DNA of 64,000 nucleotides from Acidobacteriota bacterium (GTDB lineage Bacteria; Acidobacteriota; UBA6911; RPQK01; JAJDTT01): NCBI GenBank assembly GCA_965209055.1, contig OZ242374.1, positions 5,152,001 to 5,216,000 of the forward strand, read 5' to 3'. Shown piece by piece: positions 58,078 to 64,000 of this stretch (position 1 is its first letter; each line of letters starts with the position of its first letter). The notes under the pieces were generated by a model. It saw only the letters and a program-made list of their open reading frames with translations, ran no database searches and was not told where the DNA came from. The position numbers and the translations under genes were made by a program.

Positions 58078-59192
58078 AGCCGTTCCGTGAAACGCCGCAG
58101 GCTGGCCAGATCCACGACGGGAGCGAAGGTGTCGGTGTGGGGCAGGATGACCCGGATGCCCGCAGTGGTCGGGCGGTAGCCGGGAGCGGCCGCCAGCGGG
58201 CTCAGCCAAAGGAGACGGGACCCGGACTGCTTCAGCCGGACCAGGGTCCGCTCCAGGAGTTCCAGGTCTCCCGTGTCCCATCCGTCGCTGAGAACCAGCA
58301 CCGCCGTTTGCGAACCCAGTTGGTGGGCGTACCGGTCCAGGAAATCCTGGAAACAGGCTCCGATCCGCGTGCCGGTGCTCTTCCGGGGAAGGACGCGCAT
58401 GAGCGCCTGCCGCGCACCCCGGGCGCCTCTCACTTGCAGGGCGCGGGTCAGACGGTAGAGCCGCGTGCTGAAGGCGAAGACCTCGACCCGCCCCAATCCC
58501 CGCTGGGAAGCGCAGGCATGGCAAAACTGGAACAGAAAGGAACTGTGAAGCTCCATGGAGCCGCTCACGTCCATCAGGACCACCAGGCGGACCCGGTCCA
58601 TGCGGCGCCGTCGGAAGACCAGGTCCATCAACTCACCCCCTCGCTGGGTGCTTCGATGAACCGTGCGCCTCAGGTCCGGAACCCGCCCCCGGGAACTGGC
58701 GCGCCGGCGCCGGGACCTGCGGCGGGACAGCTTCCTGGCCAGACGGCGGACCGTGAGCTTCAACCGGGCGGACTCGGGGATTCCCGGCGGAGGACTTCCC
58801 GTAAGAACCTCCAGCGGGCTGTAGGAGCCCTGGCGGGTTTCCCCCTCGGTCTCGGACCCCTGGGACCAGGCCACCAGGCTCAGGCCGAACCGGGGTATGG
58901 ACGCCCGAAGCCGTTCGCCATCTTCGGACCCAGGGCTTTCGGGTTCGCTCCCATCCAGCAATCCGCCCCCGAAGTATTTTTCGAACAGGTGGTCGAAACG
59001 CTCGATTTCCCGAGGACTTCCGGGAAAAAGGGTGCGGAGCGTGTGGAAGAAATCGCCCCGGTCTGTGATCTCCAACCGGTGCAGCGCGGTCAGTGCGTCC
59101 CCGACCTCGCGGGGGCCGGCCCTCATGCCCTCGGAGCGTAGAATGCGGGCAAAGGCCATCACATTCTCCTCCAAGAAACCCGGATAGGACAT
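58074..59192 (-). CDS. coxE: CoxE-like VWA domain protein
   Basis: DVSGSM, FAFSTRL, GTRIG, LSDGWDTG. Confidence 0.88.
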   Translation of the reverse strand: MSYPGFLEENVMAFARILRSEGMRAGPREVGDALTALHRLEITDRGDFFHTLRTLFPGSPREIERFDHLFEKYFGGGLLDGSEPESPGSEDGERLRASIPRFGLSLVAWSQGSETEGETRQGSYSPLEVLTGSPPPGIPESARLKLTVRRLARKLSRRRSRRRRASSRGRVPDLRRTVHRSTQRGGELMDLVFRRRRMDRVRLVVLMDVSGSMELHSSFLFQFCHACASQRGLGRVEVFAFSTRLYRLTRALQVRGARGARQALMRVLPRKSTGTRIGACFQDFLDRYAHQLGSQTAVLVLSDGWDTGDLELLERTLVRLKQSGSRLLWLSPLAAAPGYRPTTAGIRVILPHTDTFAPVVDLASLRRFTERL

Positions 59193-59199
59193 CAACAGC

Positions 59200-60126
59200 T
59201 CAAGACTGCGCCAGGACGCCTTCCATCTGCTCCACCGCCCGGGTGATTCCTCCCGACTCGAAGCCTCCGAGTCCGGCCAGCAGGGCCTGGAGAAAGCGGT
59301 TTCGGACCCGGCGTTGATCCTCAACGTGCTTGAGCAGCACTCCCAGGGTCGATTCGATGACCTCCGGCCCCAGCCGGTTCCGGTCCAGGTAGAGGAGGGC
59401 CGCCACCCAATCCAGGGTCTCGGAAACTCCGGGCGCCTTCTCCAGGGGCAGGCGCCGCAGCAACTGGACGAAGGCCACGGTCCGGCCGGACAGGGCCTCC
59501 GCGGCGCCGGGAACCCGGGCTCGAACGATGGCCACCTCCTTGTCGAACGAGGGATAGTCGATCCAGAGATAGAGGCACCGCCGTCTCAGGGCATCAGCCA
59601 GATCCCGGGTCCGGTTGCTGGTGAGGACCGTGTAGGGAACCTGCCGGGCCGTCAGCGTCCCCAATTCCGGAACCGAGACCTGCCACTCCGAGAGCAACTC
59701 CAGCAGGAAGGCCTCGAATTCCTCATCGCTTCGATCCACCTCGTCGATGAGAAGCACCGGCGCCTCCGAGGCGGTGATCGCCTCCAGAAGAGGGCGTTTC
59801 AAGAGGTAGTCGACGCTGAAGATGTCGGCCCGCCGGGAACCGCTGGCCTCGGCCAGTCGAATGTCCAACAACTGCTTCTGGTAGTTCCACTCGTACAGGG
59901 CCGAGCTGGTGTCGATGCCCTCGTAGCACTGCAGCCGGATCAGGTGGGTGCCCAGGACGCCGGACATGGCGCCGGCGATGGCCGTCTTGCCCACTCCCGT
60001 GGGCCCCTCCACCAGGAGCGGGCGTCCCAGGACCGGCGCCAGGTGAATGGCCGTCGCCACCGGGCATTCGGCTATGTACCCTTGGCGCTCCAACCGGCGT
60101 TGGAGCTGCTCGATTTCTGGATGCAT
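59200..60126 (-). CDS. coxD: CoxD-like MoxR AAA+ ATPase
   Basis: EGPTGVGKT, RLQCYEGID, LYEWNYQKQ, LIDEVDR, DALRRRC. Confidence 0.9.
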   Translation of the reverse strand: MHPEIEQLQRRLERQGYIAECPVATAIHLAPVLGRPLLVEGPTGVGKTAIAGAMSGVLGTHLIRLQCYEGIDTSSALYEWNYQKQLLDIRLAEASGSRRADIFSVDYLLKRPLLEAITASEAPVLLIDEVDRSDEEFEAFLLELLSEWQVSVPELGTLTARQVPYTVLTSNRTRDLADALRRRCLYLWIDYPSFDKEVAIVRARVPGAAEALSGRTVAFVQLLRRLPLEKAPGVSETLDWVAALLYLDRNRLGPEVIESTLGVLLKHVEDQRRVRNRFLQALLAGLGGFESGGITRAVEQMEGVLAQS

Positions 60127-60203
60127 TGGACAGATAGGAACCGGCGGGCCCAGATTGGACCGGGCCCGATCCCGGAACAAAGGACGCTGGGAGGCGCCGG
60201 GAA

Positions 60204-61076
60204 CTATCCGCCGGCGCGCTCCGAGGCCGTGGTGAGGGCGCGCTTCACGTAGGCGGCCGCCAAAGCCCTCCGGTAGTCCGCCCCGGCAAAGTAATCGTCC
60301 AGGGGCTCCACTCCATCGGTGGCGTGCGCCGAGGCCGCCGCGATGCTGTCGGCATTGATGGCGGACCCCTCCAGTGCCGACTCGACGCCGGTGGCCCGAT
60401 AGGCGCCGTCGGAGATTCCCGTCACCCCGACGCGGCACTTGACGCAGTTCCCTGCACCGTCGGTCTCGACCACCGCCGCGACGCCGCAGACGGCGTATCC
60501 CGACGCGGGATGCGGAACCTTCAGATAGGCGCCTCCGGAATTGGCTCCGAGGCCGGCGACCCGCACTTCAACCAGCAACTCGTCCTGTTGCAGCGCCGTC
60601 GCGAAGAAGCCGTGGAAGAACTGGTCGGCGGGAATGGTCCGCCGCCCTCCCGGACCCTGGGCCACGAGCTGCGCCTCCAACGCCAGAGCCGGAGCCGGCT
60701 GATCGGCCGCCGGATCGGCATGGGCCAGGCTGCCGCCCAAGGTGCCCATGTTCCGGACCTGGACGTCTCCGATCTGTCCCGCGGCCTCCGCCAGGGGAGC
60801 CGCCTTCTGCTGCAAGCTGCCGGAGGACTCCACCTCCGCATGAGTAGTGAGAGCTCCGATGGCCAGATCGCCGTTCTCCTCCCGGACGTAGCTCAAGCTG
60901 GACTTGAGCTTCCTCAGATCCACCAGGTGCCCGGACGAGGCCAGGCGCAGCTTCATCATGGGGATCAAGCTGTGCCCTCCCGCCAGCAGCTTGGCGTCGG
61001 AGCCATGCCGGCTCAGAAGGTCGAGGGCCTCCTCGATGGTCTCGGGAGCGTGGTACTCGAATTCACCTGGAAACAT
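60204..61076 (-). CDS. coxM: CO dehydrogenase-like FAD subunit
   Basis: AGGHSLIPMMKLR, QVRNMGTLGGSLAHADP. Confidence 0.92.
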   Translation of the reverse strand: MFPGEFEYHAPETIEEALDLLSRHGSDAKLLAGGHSLIPMMKLRLASSGHLVDLRKLKSSLSYVREENGDLAIGALTTHAEVESSGSLQQKAAPLAEAAGQIGDVQVRNMGTLGGSLAHADPAADQPAPALALEAQLVAQGPGGRRTIPADQFFHGFFATALQQDELLVEVRVAGLGANSGGAYLKVPHPASGYAVCGVAAVVETDGAGNCVKCRVGVTGISDGAYRATGVESALEGSAINADSIAAASAHATDGVEPLDDYFAGADYRRALAAAYVKRALTTASERAGG

Positions 61077-61087
61077 GCTCTACCTCC

Positions 61088-63427
61088 CTATGCCTGCTGA
61101 ATGGCCTGCCACACGCGCTGGGGCGTGAAAGGCATCTCCACATGATCGATTCCGAATGGAGCAAGCGCGTCGGCGACCGCGTTGCACACCGCGGCGGTGC
61201 TGCCGATGCTGCCGGCTTCTCCGATCCCCTTGAGCCCCAACGGATTGACGGGCGACGGCGTGACCGTCCGGTCCAGCTCGAAGCTGGGCATCTGGCCCGG
61301 CTTGGGCACCGCGTAGTCCATCATGGTCCCGGTCAGGAGCTGGCCCGAATCGTCGTACTGGGCGTGTTCGTACATCGCCTGGGCCACTCCGAAAGCGATG
61401 CCACCGTGGATCTGGCCGTCTACGATCAAGGGATTGATCACCTCTCCGCAGTCGTCCACCGCCACGTACCGGACGATGTCGGTCTGGCCGGTCTCGGCGT
61501 CCACCTCGACGATGCAGGCATGCGCTCCGAAGGGAAACACGAAATTGCTGGGATCGTAGAAGGACTGCGCCTCCAGTCCCGGCTCCAAGCCCTCGGGCAG
61601 GTTCCAGGCCAGGTAGGCCTGCAGAGCCACGTCCTGGAAGCTCATCCCCTGGTCGGTCCCCTTCACCTGAAAGCGGCCGTCCTCGAACTCCAGGTCTTCC
61701 TCCCGGGCTTCCAACTGATGAGCGGCGATCTTCTGAGCCTTCTCCACCACCTTGTTGGCGGCCTTGAAGGCGGCGATCCCGCCCACGGCCGTGGCGCGGC
61801 TGCCGTAGGTCCCCATCCCCATGGGAACCAGGTCCGTGTCTCCGTGAACCAGCTCGACGTCGTCGATGTCCACTCCCAGCACGTCTCCCACCACCTGGGC
61901 GAAGGTCGTCTCCTCCCCCTGGCCGTGCGGGTTGGCGCCGGTCATGACGGTGACCTTGCCGGTGGGATGCACCCGAACCACCGAGGACTCCCAGAGGCCT
62001 CCCTGGAATCCGGTGCTTCCCACGATGGCGCTGGGTCCCAGACCGCAGATCTCCACGTAGGTGGAGAGTCCGATCCCGAGGTAACGGCCCTGCTCACGCG
62101 CGGCCGCCTGCTCGCTTCGAAAAGCGTCGTAGTCGACCATTTCCAGCAGCCGGTCCAGGGCCGCGTCGTAGTCCCCGCTGTCGTAGATGACCCCGGGCGC
62201 CACCGCATGCGGAAACTTATCCTTGGTGATGAAGTTCCGCCGGCGGATCTCCACCGGATCCAGGTCCAACCGCTGCGCGATCAGATCCACGATCCGCTCC
62301 AGCAGGTAGGTGGCCTCGGGCCGGCCCGCGCCGCGGCAGGCGTCCACGGGCGTGGTGTGAGTGAAGACTCCCACCACTTCCAGCCCCACGGCCGGAACGT
62401 CATAGACTCCGGAGAGCATCAAGCCGTACAACCAGGTCGGGACCCCGGGAGCCGCCGTGGAGACGTAGGCCCCCATGTTGGCCCAGGTCTTGAACCTCAA
62501 GCCCGTGATCTTCCCGTCGTTGGTGTAGGCCGCCTCCACGTCGGTCACGTGGTCGCGTCCGTGGGTGGTGCACTGGAAGTTCTCCCGGCGGGTCTCCACC
62601 CACTTCACCGGACGGCCGGTCTGCATGGCGCAGAAGGCCATGACCGCCTCGTCGGCGTAAACGGCGATCTTGCTGCCGAAGCCACCCCCGATCTCGGGAG
62701 TCACGATCCTGACCTTGTGCTCGGGAACCCCCAGCACGATGGAAAGCAACAGCCGGTGGATATGGGGATTCTGGCTGGTCATCCGCAGCGTCAGCTCGCC
62801 GGAGGCGGCGTTGTACTGGGCCACGCATCCCCGTGGCTCGATGGCGCTGGGAATGATGCGGTGATTGGTGGTCCGGAACTTGAGAACGTCGTCGGCGTCC
62901 GCAAACGCCTGGTCCAGATCGCCGCCGCTGATGGTATCGAAGAGGAAACACCGGTTGCCGGGGGCATCGTCGTGAACCTGGGGAGCGCCCTCCTCAACCG
63001 CCTTCACCTGATCCGCCACCGCATCCAGGATCTCGTAGTCGACCTGGACCAACTGGGCGGCGTCCTCGGCCTGGTAACGGTCCTCGGCCAAAACGACGGC
63101 CACGCCGTCACCGACGTAACGGACCTTGTCCCGCGCCAACGCGGGATGGTCGACGGTCTTCAGATCGCTGTCGGGAATGAGCCAGGCCGTGGGGATGCCC
63201 GCCACTCCCTCCATATCCTTTCCGGTGAAGACGGCCACGACTCCCGGGGCCGACCTCGCCGCTTCCACATCGACGGACCTGATGTTGGCGTGGGCGTGGG
63301 GACTGCGGACGATGGCCGCATGGACCATGCCCGTAAGCTGGAGGTCGTCGGTGTACTGGCTGCCTCCGGTGAGCAACCGCCGATCCTCGCGGCGCTTGAC
63401 TGGTGTACCGAAAAATTTGGTCGCCAT
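61088..63427 (-). CDS. coxL: Xanthine dehydrogenase family molybdoprotein large subunit (form II CoxL-like)
   Basis: GGGFGSK, active-site loop ACRGAGRPEA, HGQGEET, GTYGSR, KGIGEAG. Confidence 0.9.
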   Translation of the reverse strand: MATKFFGTPVKRREDRRLLTGGSQYTDDLQLTGMVHAAIVRSPHAHANIRSVDVEAARSAPGVVAVFTGKDMEGVAGIPTAWLIPDSDLKTVDHPALARDKVRYVGDGVAVVLAEDRYQAEDAAQLVQVDYEILDAVADQVKAVEEGAPQVHDDAPGNRCFLFDTISGGDLDQAFADADDVLKFRTTNHRIIPSAIEPRGCVAQYNAASGELTLRMTSQNPHIHRLLLSIVLGVPEHKVRIVTPEIGGGFGSKIAVYADEAVMAFCAMQTGRPVKWVETRRENFQCTTHGRDHVTDVEAAYTNDGKITGLRFKTWANMGAYVSTAAPGVPTWLYGLMLSGVYDVPAVGLEVVGVFTHTTPVDACRGAGRPEATYLLERIVDLIAQRLDLDPVEIRRRNFITKDKFPHAVAPGVIYDSGDYDAALDRLLEMVDYDAFRSEQAAAREQGRYLGIGLSTYVEICGLGPSAIVGSTGFQGGLWESSVVRVHPTGKVTVMTGANPHGQGEETTFAQVVGDVLGVDIDDVELVHGDTDLVPMGMGTYGSRATAVGGIAAFKAANKVVEKAQKIAAHQLEAREEDLEFEDGRFQVKGTDQGMSFQDVALQAYLAWNLPEGLEPGLEAQSFYDPSNFVFPFGAHACIVEVDAETGQTDIVRYVAVDDCGEVINPLIVDGQIHGGIAFGVAQAMYEHAQYDDSGQLLTGTMMDYAVPKPGQMPSFELDRTVTPSPVNPLGLKGIGEAGSIGSTAAVCNAVADALAPFGIDHVEMPFTPQRVWQAIQQA

Positions 63428-63439
63428 CCTTCCTCCTTC

Positions 63440-63922
63440 CTAGCTTGCCGCTTCCCGCAATTTGCCGGCCGCATTCTGGACGGCGTTGACGATGTGCTGA
63501 TACCCGGTGCAACGGCAGATGTTCCCTTCCAGCGCGTGCCGGATCTCGGCGTCGCCGGGGTCCGCATTCTCCTCAAGGAGCTGGACCGTGGCCATCAGGA
63601 AGCCGGGGGTGCAGAATCCGCACTGAAGTCCGTGCTCTTCCCAGAATCCCTCCTGGACCGCATGCAGGTCGCCGTTCGTAGCCAACCCTTCGACCGTGGT
63701 GATCTCGGCGCCGTCGGCCTGAACCGCCAGCAGCGTGCAGGACTTCACGGCCAGACCGCCCAGCAGAACGGTACACGCTCCGCAACTGGAGGTGTCACAA
63801 CCGACGTGAGTCCCGGTCAGACCCAAAACGTCCCGAAGGAAGTGAACCAGGAGCAATCGCGGCTCCACCTCCCTTCGATGGGTCGACCCATTGACTCGAA
63901 CCTCAATGGACACTTGTGCCAT
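63440..63922 (-). CDS. coxS: CO dehydrogenase-like 2Fe-2S subunit
   Basis: GCDTSSCGACTV, QCGFCTPG, GNICRCTGY. Confidence 0.94.
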   Translation of the reverse strand: MAQVSIEVRVNGSTHRREVEPRLLLVHFLRDVLGLTGTHVGCDTSSCGACTVLLGGLAVKSCTLLAVQADGAEITTVEGLATNGDLHAVQEGFWEEHGLQCGFCTPGFLMATVQLLEENADPGDAEIRHALEGNICRCTGYQHIVNAVQNAAGKLREAAS

Positions 63923-64000
63923 CTTCTACCTCCTTGGATGGTAGTTCGAAACCAGGGATGGTTTGCGACGATTCACTCGCGCCCCTCCCGTTGAAGATTT

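Noticed and set aside
61088-63427. Bona fide form I aerobic CO dehydrogenase
   Set aside because: Lacks AYXCSFR and has S-L-M gene order; the substrate cannot be assigned

Overview
GC-rich bacterial chromosome segment. The gene content (Oar-like TonB-dependent receptors, CRTAC1/ASPIC-UnbV, CocE hydrolases, AddAB, CODH-like cluster) suggests an Acidobacteriota-like organism, but this is inference only. From left to right: (i) a decaying 1-7.9 kb zone (interrupted TPR gene, frameshifted CRTAC1 gene, deleted TonB receptor, two CocE/NonD hydrolases); (ii) tRNA-Arg(CCT), a YfgM-like gene, apt, acyP, tRNA-Pro(CGG), DedA and an ABC-class ATPase; (iii) a RAYT-type Y1 transposase element bounded by inverted GGGACAGTCT motifs and flanked by a 127/129-bp imperfect direct duplication, with a 59-bp non-autonomous counterpart flanked by a 121-bp duplication inside the TPR gene; (iv) a TonB receptor and a cryptic GT4-ABC fusion/FtsX permease/HemN-like radical SAM/flavin halogenase-like/thioesterase/CoA-ligase cluster; (v) addB-addA, two vapBC modules, an orphan antitoxin, a sulfatase maturase, a YyaL-like gene, an Fe-ADH and potADBC; (vi) a 9.2-kb tyrosine-integrase element (46376-55574, 14-bp att core, arm-like repeats). 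It carries a tRNA 5' half at one end but is inserted in a REP-like hairpin. Its cargo is a stand-alone FN3 gene plus a HEPN-like-FN3 fusion, a WDG-motif/ART-like gene pair, a methyltransferase relic and an MmeI-like R-M gene; (vii) a solute symporter and a coxSLM-D-E-mocA cluster. The most promising novelties are the FN3/HEPN-like cargo pair, the RAYT-associated long duplications and the REP-targeted integration. All product calls come from motif recognition by eye; no database searches were run.
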